A stretch of DNA of 64,000 nucleotides from a bacterium. GTDB taxonomy: Bacteria > Bacteroidota > Ignavibacteria > UBA10030. This document shows, piece after piece, positions 1 to 8,892 of this stretch. Made by a program: the position numbers and the translations under genes. The first letter of the stretch is position 1; the number at the start of each line of letters is the position of its first letter. The DNA lies in the NCBI GenBank assembly GCA_043803945.1, contig JAZDJN010000027.1, positions 1 to 64,000 of the forward strand, in the 5' to 3' direction. The notes below the pieces were generated by a model, which made no database searches, was not told the origin of the DNA, and was given only the letters and a program-made list of their open reading frames with translations.

Positions 1-132
1 ATGCTTGCACGATTAGGTGGGTTCTTAGGACGCAAGGGTGATGGATATCCGGGTGTGAAAGTATTGTGGCGCGGCTTGAGACGTCTCGATGATATTGCTC
101 AAGCCTATCTCATTTTTCAAAGATATGGGTAA
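1..132 (+). CDS. IS4-family (IS50/Tn5-like) transposase, C-terminal end (partial, runs off window start)
   Basis: Frame 1 reads MLARLGGFLGRKGDGYPGVKVLWRGLRRLDDIAQAYLIFQRYG*, matching the LGGFLGRKxDGxPGxKxLWRG dimerisation-domain motif; not in the ORF track. Confidence 0.9.
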   Translation: MLARLGGFLGRKGDGYPGVKVLWRGLRRLDDIAQAYLIFQRYG

Positions 133-139
133 TGATAAG
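1..139 (+). mobile_element. Right end of IS4-family insertion sequence; putative terminal IR about 122-139 (GATATGGGTAATGATAAG)
   Basis: Transposase stop overlaps ATGGGTAATGATAAG, which resembles IS4-family ends; the left end is outside the window so the IR cannot be verified. Confidence 0.7.
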
Positions 140-206
140 CATCAATGGGAGAGGGTATGGGTGAGGTAAACCATAGACTTGCACACTTTTTGATTCGTTC
201 TATTCT

Positions 207-465
207 CATTAGTGTTCCCCGAATGCTGTTATCGGGGATCTGCTATGCGTCGGAGATACACTGATTCGATGCTCCTGCATCGAACAATAAATGGTTATCA
301 TTCCTTGTAGCAGATCCCCAATACAAACATTTTGGGATCACTTGTATTCTCTTATTATTTCCTCACCCTCAGTGTTCCCCGAATGTTTTGGTCGGGGATC
401 TACCGTACGATGGGGCTGCACTGTTTCGATGCTCCTGCATCGAACCGATGAATGGCTGTAGTTCC
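207..465. repeat. REP/REPIN-like family A, two tandem units with 160-bp period (second truncated)
   Basis: AGTGTTCCCCGAATG..TCGGGGATCT at 211 and 371; internal palindrome TTCGATGCTCCTGCATCGAA at 265 and 425; closing hairpin AGATCCCC..GGGATCACTT at 312-343. Confidence 0.85.
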
Positions 466-561
466 GCGCCCTGAATCTTTTTCTCCTTTCCTGCATCACA
501 CCTCTACTAGCCCGTATGTTCTTCGGGGGTAACTTGTGAAATAATTTAGTGGTTCAACCCA

Positions 562-1059
562 ATGAGGAGTGAAAAGATGAGACAATGGACTATGCTGGCC
601 GTAATTATTTTCCTTGCATTAACAACGAGCGTTCTGGCTCAATCGAAGCCAATGGCTCCAGATTTCTCGTTGAAAACCAGTGATGGAAAAGTCATTCAAC
701 TCGATCAATACAAAGGGAAGGTCGTTGTTGTAAACTTCTGGGCAACCTGGTGCCCGCCTTGCCGGCAGGAGATTCCCGGATTTCTCAAAGTCTATAAGAG
801 CTATCGCTCGAAAGGACTGGAGATTATCGGCATTGCCCTGGACCAGGAAGGCTGGGAAGTGGTGACACCATTTGTGAAGAAGCAGAAATTAACCTACCCA
901 GTTGTGATTGGGACTCAGGATGTGGTGAGGAAGTTCGGCGGGATTCAATCTATTCCGACCACATTTCTTGTTGATAAATCAGGGACTGTTGTGAAAAGGC
1001 AGGTGGGTTATTGGGATGAACAGGAATTTGAAACGGCGGTAAAAGCGCTGTTGGAGTAA
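562..1059 (+). CDS. TlpA/ResA-family thiol-disulfide oxidoreductase
   Basis: Signal peptide, APDFSL, NFWATWCPPC, IPTTFLVD; start may be 577. Confidence 0.93.
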   Translation: MRSEKMRQWTMLAVIIFLALTTSVLAQSKPMAPDFSLKTSDGKVIQLDQYKGKVVVVNFWATWCPPCRQEIPGFLKVYKSYRSKGLEIIGIALDQEGWEVVTPFVKKQKLTYPVVIGTQDVVRKFGGIQSIPTTFLVDKSGTVVKRQVGYWDEQEFETAVKALLE

Positions 1060-1191
1060 TAATATTCAGGTAAGTTGAATTATATAAGCATCGCTTGACA
1101 AAAGAAAACTCGATTAGATATGCTCGGGCTTTTTTTTGTATGCGAAAAGACGGGGCCCTCATTTGTGTCCCCTCATTGTAGGTTAGCCAAT

Positions 1192-1215
1192 AAAAAAACC
1201 GAACATATAGTTCGG
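1192..1215 (-). terminator. Intrinsic terminator for the tRNA-Arg transcript
   Basis: CCGAAC/GTTCGG stem followed by T7 on the minus strand. Confidence 0.6.
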
Positions 1216-1337
1216 GTATAGTCATAAATCTTTTTCATTCCCTGATTCTCTCATTCACTAACTCTCAAATTCTCCAATTCTCACATTCCCTAATTCCCCA
1301 GGTTCCTCGCTCCCTCATTTGCACATTTCCTAATTTC

Positions 1338-1402
1338 GTACATCCGGAGGGAGTCCCTGCCTGACCGGCTGACGCCAGTCAGTCGGGCAGGGAACCCCCA
1401 AC
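1338..1402 (-). pseudogene. Degenerate copy of tRNA-Arg(UCG) 3' end interrupted by a 36-nt palindrome
   Basis: GTACATCCGGAGGGAGTC[1356-1391]GAACCCCCAAC versus GTACACCCGGAGGGAGTCGAACCCCCAAC at 1500. Confidence 0.85.
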
Positions 1403-1500
1403 TTCCATTTCGACTGAACTTAGCGAGCGAAGTGATACTAAGTTCACGGTCGAAATGAGAATCCCGCCGAAAGGCGGGACCTGATTCTTTCTTATTTTAG

Positions 1501-1574
1501 TACACCCGGAGGGAGTCGAACCCCCAACCCTCAGATCCGAAGTCTGATGCTCTATCCAGTTGAGCTACGGGTGC
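1501..1574 (-). tRNA. tRNA-Arg (anticodon UCG), CCA not encoded
   Basis: GCACCCGTAGCTCAACTGGATAGAGCA-TCAGA-CT-TCG-GA-TCTGA-GGGTTGGGGGTTCGACTCCCTCCGGGTGTA folds as a full cloverleaf. Confidence 0.97.
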
Positions 1575-1839
1575 GTCAGCACCTGGAGCGAAATCCGCCA
1601 TCTTGCTGGGAGGATTGAGCTACGGGTGCATGTCTTAAATTTTCCGATCCCGCAGTGAGGCATTGCGGGATTCTCAAAATGGCAGCTACTCGTTGAGAAG
1701 CACTCGTAGGCCATTTTGGAACTACGGGTGCTTCTCAAATTCTTTAAACCACAGGTTTGCTGATTAGCCAAAATTGTTGAAAAACTAGCTCATTAATAAA
1801 CAATTTATTCAACAGCCGTTTTCGCTTTGTTCAGCGGCT

Positions 1840-1907
1840 GAAAGATACGTGGAAGAGAGGGAAAAAACAAGGAGTGTTGCGTTTCGAATAACGTGTGTAT
1901 ACATTTG
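1840..1907. promoter_or_regulatory. Divergent pair of Bacteroidota-type housekeeping promoters
   Basis: Minus strand TTG(1868-1870)-N20-TATCTTTC(1840-1847) toward the tRNA; plus strand TTG(1877-1879)-N20-TACATTTG(1900-1907) toward the ORF at 1941. Confidence 0.55.
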
Positions 1908-1940
1908 AAATGTAAGTTTCTCACCGGCATAGGAGGTTCC

Positions 1941-2306
1941 ATGAATTGCACACGCCTTTGTTTAAATTTCACTTTCTTGCTTTTACTTTTCCCTGTATTT
2001 CTCTCCGCACAACAGAAGAATGAATTTCGGTCTGCTAATTCGGGGAACTGGAAAACACTTTCAACCTGGGAGCAGTATGATGGTTCAAAGTGGATTCCGG
2101 CTCAGAGGGTTCCCAATGACAGCACAATAACTGTCACGATATGTAAAAACCATGTTGTGACTCTCTCTGACACTGCGGAAGTGAAATATCTTACTACCGA
2201 TGATGGTGGGAAGTTAAAAGTTGAAAAATCTGGATTTCTTGATTGTGCCCATACTATAATGGTCTATGAGCCAATTGATAATTTGGGGAAAATAAGGGTT
2301 CGTTAA
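1941..2306 (+). CDS. Small secreted hypothetical protein (SGNW...W motif, beta-strand-rich C-terminus)
   Basis: AGGAGG RBS before ATG 1941; signal peptide; FRSANSGNWKTLSTWEQYDGSKW. Confidence 0.7.
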   Translation: MNCTRLCLNFTFLLLLFPVFLSAQQKNEFRSANSGNWKTLSTWEQYDGSKWIPAQRVPNDSTITVTICKNHVVTLSDTAEVKYLTTDDGGKLKVEKSGFLDCAHTIMVYEPIDNLGKIRVR

Positions 2307-2340
2307 GGTTGTTACATTTTAATCTTATGATGAAGAACAG

Positions 2341-3684
2341 GTGAAAAAGTCAATCGTACTAATCGTAATCCTTGTATTGAATTGGCACTCTGCAAACGCT
2401 CAGCAAACAATACTTGTACCAAAAGAAGGCAGAGTATATCATGGCGCGCAAACCATGACATTCGAAAGTGGTAACGATCCGCTTGCGGGCTATTTGGGTG
2501 CTTTGAATGATAAGACTATTCAGCCGGCCGTGCGGGGAATTTTCATAAGCATTCCCGGAGAAAGAGGACCTGATAAATCTCTTATCGGATTAAAAAACTT
2601 TTTCCATTCTGCCGATTCCATTGAATTTCTCCCCGAATTAAACCTGTTTTTTGTAAGCAATGTGGCAACAGATAGTATCATAGCCGTTTCAAATCAATAC
2701 GACTGGATTATCGACAGCATTATTACTCTCTCTAAAAATTATGGCAAAAAAATGTTTTTGCGTATCGGAGGAGAGTTTAACGGCGCTGGTCCTGGTTGGA
2801 ACGGCGGCGGCTATCATCCTTACCTCTATGTAACGATGTTCAGAAAAATTGTCGATATGTTTACCGCTCGAGGATTGAGAGATTCTCTTGCAGTAAATTG
2901 GTGCTACGAACCTGACGCAGCCAACGATTTCGATTCTGTTGATGCCCGCGGTGCCCGCTGGTATCCGGGAGATACTTATGTGGACTGGTTCGGCCTGGAT
3001 CTGTTCGACGCCGAGCATTTCGACCAATCGCTTCCGGATTATAGCAGAGGAGCAATCACCCGTAAGGGCAAATCAGAGCGGTTCCTCTCCATGGCACGCA
3101 CAAAAGGTAAACCTGTGTATATGAGCGAGACTTCGGCAAAAGGAGTTAATATCAGCAATGATAATAATGATGCAGTCAACGATTGGAATAACTGGTTTAA
3201 GAAGTTTTGGGAGTTCATAGACCTCCATAAAGAAATTAAAGGATTTAGTTACATAAACGCCAACTGGCCCGCAGGGGCATATCCCAATTGGGGCGATGCA
3301 AGGATTCAAAGCAGCCAGTATGTCACCGAGAAATATAAAGAAGAGATGCGAAAGCCGAAGTATATACATCTCGGAGCAATGCTTGCAACAACCGTTGAAC
3401 ACAGTGATGATAGATTTTTACCCAATCAGATTTCTCTTTTCCAGAATTATCCGAATCCATTCAATCCAAGTACAACGATACAGTACAGTTTACCGAAACG
3501 TTCATTTGTTACACTGAAGGTTTTCAATACGCTTGGCCAGGAAGTGGCTGTGCTTGTTAATGAAGAAAAACAAGATGGATTGTATCAGGTGCAATGGAGT
3601 GCAAATGTTCCGAGTGGTGTTTACTTCTATCGGCTTCAAGCAGGAAGCTTTAACCAGACGATGAAGATGCTTCTCTTGAGATGA
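2341..3684 (+). CDS. GH26-like glycoside hydrolase with T9SS C-terminal sorting domain
   Basis: LRIGGEFNG (acid/base), WYPGDTYVDWFGLD, KPVYMSET (nucleophile); LFQNYPNPFNPSTTI sorting domain. Confidence 0.8.
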   Translation: MKKSIVLIVILVLNWHSANAQQTILVPKEGRVYHGAQTMTFESGNDPLAGYLGALNDKTIQPAVRGIFISIPGERGPDKSLIGLKNFFHSADSIEFLPELNLFFVSNVATDSIIAVSNQYDWIIDSIITLSKNYGKKMFLRIGGEFNGAGPGWNGGGYHPYLYVTMFRKIVDMFTARGLRDSLAVNWCYEPDAANDFDSVDARGARWYPGDTYVDWFGLDLFDAEHFDQSLPDYSRGAITRKGKSERFLSMARTKGKPVYMSETSAKGVNISNDNNDAVNDWNNWFKKFWEFIDLHKEIKGFSYINANWPAGAYPNWGDARIQSSQYVTEKYKEEMRKPKYIHLGAMLATTVEHSDDRFLPNQISLFQNYPNPFNPSTTIQYSLPKRSFVTLKVFNTLGQEVAVLVNEEKQDGLYQVQWSANVPSGVYFYRLQAGSFNQTMKMLLLR

Positions 3685-3761
3685 AATTCGACGGAGTCAG
3701 TGGTGGCTCCAAAGATATTAATGTTTGCAGACGGTTTAGAATCGTTCAGAAGGGAGATATC

Positions 3762-5297
3762 ATGCATCTCAGATTGCAGATGTACCTGATCCTCCTTCTA
3801 TTAACGTGTATCTTCATTGACTGTTCATCGGATGATCCACAACATCGCAAGCCTCAGGCGTACCACCAACTAGGTTCCCTCAACGCTCTCTTGCTCAAAG
3901 AGTTGAGCAAGAGTCGTGTAGTTATGTTTTACGACTCATATCCTGGCCACATCACCTTCTCTCATTGCGTCACAACATTTTTAGAATCTTGGCTCAATCG
4001 ACTGCAGCAGAGTCCGTCTGATACCGTATTGCCTCGCACACTATTCTTGGCTCTGGAACTAGGCCAACCAGGAGAATCGAACCTCAATGAGTATCTGAGG
4101 ACAGGAGATCGATATCCGTTGATGCGGTTCTTAGTCGATGAGGAAGAGAAATATGGACGCGATGTGTACCTCACACGGCGACTGAGTGTTGACTATCTTC
4201 AATTCTGCGAGAGACTCAGGCTCGTGAGAATCAGGATTGATTCTCTGAATCGCCAATATCCAAACATATCAATCTCACTCAATATTTTAGGACCGGAGGC
4301 TGAGCCGCCCTACAGCTACCTGGATATTCGAAGCAAGTCTCGCGATGAATTCATTACCATGAAATTGCATTGGGACGCTTTTAAGAGGGATAGCGAGAGT
4401 TCATCACGCCTGGCGCAATACCTGGTGCAGCACCCAAACCATAAACTCCTAGTGTTTTCCAATTCGATGCATCTGGCACGTGACACCAAGTATGGCTACT
4501 ACCTCGCGCGTCATCTGGATTCACTGGTAGGACGCCTGAATGTCTCCGTGTTTGCAACTTCTCGGCTTCTGGGCAGCCCGGTTTCAAGCCCGCAAATTGA
4601 GGAATACAATCATGACACCGAAGCACCAGACTTCCTTGTCAGGAAAGCTGCGACCCCTCCTTATCCGTTCCCGTTTTATCTCGTCAAAAGCCAGAATACA
4701 TTTCGAGCATTAATCGATCTGGCGGAACAGTATGATGCCAGTCCTGATACCCTTGAGAAAGACCTGTCACGCAAGATGTTGTCTCATGCTTTAACACTTC
4801 TCAGACGCTCACACTTGGTACTTGACCCCTCGTATAAAAATGAAATCACCTCGCTGCAAACAGTTGTGGCCTCGCTGACCAGAAAGGCTATTATGACTCC
4901 ACAGACGTTCACTGTCATTCGTCGATTGATTTCACGTTTTGACCCTGTGCGCGACGTACTGGAAATTGACAGCATAATGACTACTTTTACACCATCTACT
5001 GATTACGAGAATACGTTAGCCACCGTGATCTATAATCTTCCCGGAGCACCGTCTACCGCGGCAGACTCTTTCAGGGTTACGATTCCCCAGGGTAATCAGG
5101 TTGACGCGCCCACAGCACATTGGTCACATATGTGGAAGCAGAGAAAATCCGAGAGACAGATCTATATGCTCCTTCAAATTTTATGGTTTGGTACACCGAG
5201 CGAAACAGCTAATGCAATGAAGGCACTGCAGCGAGAAACTGGTCACGATTTTGTTTCAGCATCGCAGTGGGAGGATTGGTATCAATCAACGCGATAA
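3762..5297 (+). CDS. Hypothetical (lipo)protein with possible EreA/ChaN-like N-terminal domain
   Basis: GGGAGA RBS, hydrophobic leader with Cys; SRVVMFYDSYPGH, LALEL and KLLVFSNSMHL echo ChaN/EreA motifs weakly. Confidence 0.55.
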   Translation: MHLRLQMYLILLLLTCIFIDCSSDDPQHRKPQAYHQLGSLNALLLKELSKSRVVMFYDSYPGHITFSHCVTTFLESWLNRLQQSPSDTVLPRTLFLALELGQPGESNLNEYLRTGDRYPLMRFLVDEEEKYGRDVYLTRRLSVDYLQFCERLRLVRIRIDSLNRQYPNISISLNILGPEAEPPYSYLDIRSKSRDEFITMKLHWDAFKRDSESSSRLAQYLVQHPNHKLLVFSNSMHLARDTKYGYYLARHLDSLVGRLNVSVFATSRLLGSPVSSPQIEEYNHDTEAPDFLVRKAATPPYPFPFYLVKSQNTFRALIDLAEQYDASPDTLEKDLSRKMLSHALTLLRRSHLVLDPSYKNEITSLQTVVASLTRKAIMTPQTFTVIRRLISRFDPVRDVLEIDSIMTTFTPSTDYENTLATVIYNLPGAPSTAADSFRVTIPQGNQVDAPTAHWSHMWKQRKSERQIYMLLQILWFGTPSETANAMKALQRETGHDFVSASQWEDWYQSTR

Positions 5298-5454
5298 ATA
5301 TCAGCTAAGAGGTTAATCTAATCATCGATCTTCGGTTGAGACGGAAGTTGCACAATACAGACTCTACCCGCATACACTTCATGTTTCGCTCACAAAATAG
5401 CGGACAGGTCGACGGTCAAGCCATCTTCCTTCTACCGCTTCTTAAAATTTCTCC

Positions 5455-5905
5455 CAGCCCTCGGCGGGGACGCCTTCGGGCTAGGAGGGTGGAGTCTTTG
5501 AAGGGTATCTAAAATTTCTTTCAGCGGAGATTTATGACTATCTGCCTCTCCGGCGTGCGCGTTTTTTGCGTCCCGTGCTTCGCGGGACGGGAGAGGGATG
5601 GTTCAAACAGGGTGAGGGTGGTAAAACGCGAAGGTTTCGAAGTGATCTCATCAACCTTCCGAAGGTCATAGAGGAAACGAGAGAACCTTCGGAAGGGAAC
5701 AGGCAGCATCGAACCGTTCCCTACACGCAGACTCTTATTCGGAGGGAACAGTTCGGTTCATATTCTCCCCGCTGACACGGTCCCACCGTGTCAGAAAATG
5801 AGACAATTTCTTCACTTCATAGCCCTCGGCGTGGATGCCTTCGGGCTAGATAAAGGGCGACCTTCGGAAGGTTCCATTGATTTCAGCTAGGCCTTCCGAA
5901 GGTTC
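5455..5905. repeat. Cluster of REP-like palindromes (ACCTTCGGAAGGT family and AGCCCTCGGCG..GCCTTCGGGCT family)
   Basis: CCTTC(C/G)GAAGG at about 5653, 5683, 5859, 5891 and again at 10440; AGCCCTCGGCGnGGAYGCCTTCGGGCTAG at 5456 and 5821; lies between convergent genes. Confidence 0.8.
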
Positions 5906-5925
5906 TAAAAGTTCCATTCTCCCAT

Positions 5926-8139
5926 TTATCGGTTTTCCTTTTTCCGCGGTCCTATTTTCTCGAATGGGATATGCTGAAATCCCGGCAGTTCCTTGTAGAC
6001 CTCGGAGTCATCTTTCAATTGGAAAACTAGCCGATCCGCATCGACAAAACCTGGATCTTTCTGAGTGATGTAGTTATCTCCAAATTCAGTCTGGGCGTAT
6101 TTTCCTACCAGCCGAAACGTCTCCTCATACTTCACAACGACATTCCTGTCGAACACATTACGCCGGGGACGCATACCTACATAGGTGTGTCCGTCAGGAA
6201 GCAAGTCGAGCCAATCCTTCAACAACGGATAGCGCTCGCTGTATGGTTGTTTCCTGATTTCTATAGCTTTAGTAAGACGGCGCGTGTAGATTCCATTCTC
6301 CCCGAAGAAGTAGGGGATTGAACTAATGCCGAAATCGTACCACATCGATTTCAACTGATAGGCCGGGCCATATCCCTCTATGAAGATGTTGTTCTTCACC
6401 ACAATGTCATGCCCGCCGTTGCTGTAAACGGTACCATACGAAGCAACACGATAGAAGACATTACCTTCAATGAGCACGCCGCAAGTAGCATCGTCGCAAT
6501 ACACACCCATCATCCACTTCCGGTCAGGCCGGCCAACATGATGGAAGAAATTCCAACGCACTATATTCCCCTGATCGCTTGGATCGCGGCCGAGATACCA
6601 GGCGGATGCGTCATTGGAGTTCAATGCAACATGGTGGATGTGATTGTATTCAAAAATATGATCGTTGCCATGGACTAATATCGCCTGGAGGTCTGCATTA
6701 TAGATCTCGTTATGAATTACCTCGTTGCCGCACCCGTCCACAATCACACCGGATGCTCCCGCTTTGTTTCTGCGATTGAAATCATGGATACGGCAGTCGG
6801 TTACCACATTTCCACCGGGCACGAGATTCTTCTTGCTCCCGCCGCCCAGAATGATTCCTCCCGATCCTGTGTTGTATACCTCGCATCCTTCGATGATATG
6901 CTGCTCCCCGGCATTTCGATCCCAGACGCTATTGCGATACATGTGCGAATGAAAACTGCCGACTTCCCGCGATGTGGGAACACCCTCATAGTCGTCCGCT
7001 GTGATGTGCGGAAATGTTTGCCGTGCGCCCTGGCCCATCATAATTCCAACAGTTCCAAAATTGCGCACTACGCAGTTCACAATCCGGTTGTGCGCTCCTC
7101 CTTCGATGGAAATTCCGAGCCCTCTTCCATTCTCGATGATGAGATCGCGTAGAATACAATAGGAGATATTATCAAGCGCAATCAACGGTTGTTCCAGGAT
7201 CGAGACAGTTGCCCGGGCAGTTGCTATTTCACCCGGAGGCCATAGGAATAGTATTCCGGATGCAGTATCCACATACCATTCTCCCGGTTGGTCCACTTCC
7301 TCTAGTATATTGAGAGCGACATACTGGTTGAAGTTTTGTCCACTCGAAAGGCTATACATGTGGGGAGAAGCGAGGGTCACTTCCTGCTGAATCGTATCAA
7401 TGGAGGCGATGCGGATTTTATCATCAGCGAAACCATGATTGAAGAAACCTTGCAGCCAGACATCGGAAATGCCTGCCCAGCGTGTATGTCGTGGATCGGT
7501 GTAAAGGAAACGCCCGCCGCGGTTCGAATAGTCGCCGTCGCGCGGCATCGAACCCGGATCGATAATGCGTCCGATATCGATAGCCCCTGTATTGGGATAG
7601 CGGGCTAGCTGCATCACGGAGTCATTCCAGAACAGTTCCATTGGCGCAGGAACCACCGGCAGCCCATGCCCAAATTGTCGATGTTTGCCGAAGTCGCGAA
7701 TGCCCAACGCGCGAAGATCTGCCTGAAGAACATGCTGCCGTGCTTCTGGCGGCAGTCGCAGAAGTATGGTGGGATCGGTGGTTCGGCGAAACGACGAAGA
7801 GGGGATTGTAATTCCGCCAGAGATTCGAACGGATTCACTCTCGTACGCAGCATAGGCCACAGGAGCGTTGGGGAATCCGGCATCCTCCTTTGTAAGTTCA
7901 AATGTGCTGGTAAGTTGATATGTGCCGCCGCGGAGCCAGACAGTAAATGGTTCACGTTCTGCACTCGGAGTTTTCTTGCGAAGAGATCGGAAAGCATCCC
8001 GAGCACGCTCGAGAGTTTGAAATGGCTTGTCAATGGTGCCCGTGTTGTGGTCATTCCCAGTTGGGGAAACAAACGCTTCCTGGGCTTGAATATGTGTGAT
8101 TATTACGATTGTCAGAAGCAGCGAGAACATGCAGTTCAT
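5926..8139 (-). CDS. Right-handed parallel beta-helix protein (GH141-like)
   Basis: FVSPTGNDHNTGTIDKPFQTL, VWLRGGTY, LARYPN, DQPGEWY, GVYCDD, beta-helix repeats; signal peptide. Confidence 0.8.
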   Translation of the reverse strand: MNCMFSLLLTIVIITHIQAQEAFVSPTGNDHNTGTIDKPFQTLERARDAFRSLRKKTPSAEREPFTVWLRGGTYQLTSTFELTKEDAGFPNAPVAYAAYESESVRISGGITIPSSSFRRTTDPTILLRLPPEARQHVLQADLRALGIRDFGKHRQFGHGLPVVPAPMELFWNDSVMQLARYPNTGAIDIGRIIDPGSMPRDGDYSNRGGRFLYTDPRHTRWAGISDVWLQGFFNHGFADDKIRIASIDTIQQEVTLASPHMYSLSSGQNFNQYVALNILEEVDQPGEWYVDTASGILFLWPPGEIATARATVSILEQPLIALDNISYCILRDLIIENGRGLGISIEGGAHNRIVNCVVRNFGTVGIMMGQGARQTFPHITADDYEGVPTSREVGSFHSHMYRNSVWDRNAGEQHIIEGCEVYNTGSGGIILGGGSKKNLVPGGNVVTDCRIHDFNRRNKAGASGVIVDGCGNEVIHNEIYNADLQAILVHGNDHIFEYNHIHHVALNSNDASAWYLGRDPSDQGNIVRWNFFHHVGRPDRKWMMGVYCDDATCGVLIEGNVFYRVASYGTVYSNGGHDIVVKNNIFIEGYGPAYQLKSMWYDFGISSIPYFFGENGIYTRRLTKAIEIRKQPYSERYPLLKDWLDLLPDGHTYVGMRPRRNVFDRNVVVKYEETFRLVGKYAQTEFGDNYITQKDPGFVDADRLVFQLKDDSEVYKELPGFQHIPFEKIGPRKKENR

Positions 8140-8372
8140 GGATTTTCCAGGATATATAAGTATGGATGGAAAGTTGTGGAGGAATGTAAGACGAATGTGT
8201 GGGGAAGTCAAGAACAGGTAGGATGCAGAATCATCGCTTTGCTGCTTCTTATTTTCTCAATGGCCTCTGCTTGACAATAGATCCGATACACGGTAAGTTT
8301 CAGGGAGATATATTCTGCTTTGGTGGGTGTATGATTAACATTATATTCACTACTTAGAAAGCGGAGGATCCA

Positions 8373-8570
8373 ATGAAACGCTTACACTACCACATCATTT
8401 CCATCTTTCTACTTTGCGTACTCTCAGACACCGTCGAAGTAAAACATCTTACTCTAAACGAGAATGGTAAATTAAAAATTGAGAAAACCGGTGTTCTCAC
8501 CGTCGCTCACTCGGGATCGTTAGACGTCTATGAGCCATTTGAAAATCAAGGTATAATTCATGTTCGGTGA
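8373..8570 (+). pseudogene. Internally deleted paralog of the 1941-2306 protein
   Basis: LSDTVEVKHLTLNENGKLKIEKTG...VYEPFENQGIIHVR aligns with LSDTAEVKYLTTDDGGKLKVEKSG...VYEPIDNLGKIRVR; signal peptide joined directly to this segment. Confidence 0.65.
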
Positions 8571-8719
8571 GGTGGTGCATCGGCGGTAATGGTATTTCAG
8601 CCCTCTCGTCCTCTACTTGATTCTCTGTACGTGAGATGTACTCATCCCACTTCAATTCACTCACCAATGTAACTCAGAAAGAGAAAAGATCTTGATTCAA
8701 GAGATTATTCTTGTTTTTG

Positions 8720-8784
8720 ACCTCCCCTTTTTCTCCTCCTTGGCAAGCCTGCCTGCCGCAGGCAGGGAGGGGATATGGGGAGGT
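8720..8784. repeat. REP-like palindrome with nested 19-nt palindrome
   Basis: ACCTCCCC..CTCCTCCTTGGCAAG[CCTGCCTGCCGCAGGCAGG]GAGGGG..GGGGAGGT. Confidence 0.75.
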
Positions 8785-8892
8785 TTGGAGTTTATTAGGG
8801 AAAAGCTCCATTGATTGATTATCCTTTTTGCGTAACGGGAGTCACTCAGATAAGTTGATAATGCCCTCCTAAGGTAGTATTTTATCAAAGTA

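Noticed and set aside
207-465. Possible CRISPR array (also 49229-49474)
   Set aside because: Only two units per site, long period, homologous spacers, no cas genes; fits REP/REPIN repeats.
1096-1215. Small RNA behind a TTGACA promoter
   Set aside because: The inverted repeats are explained by two opposing terminator-like hairpins between convergent tlpA and tRNA transcripts.
1338-1500. attL/attR of an integrated prophage or island at tRNA-Arg (also 52321-52495)
   Set aside because: Only about 100-120 bp lies between the copies and there is no integrase; kept only as ghost copies.
5521-5775. Short ORFs in the repeat cluster
   Set aside because: They are translations of REP palindromes.
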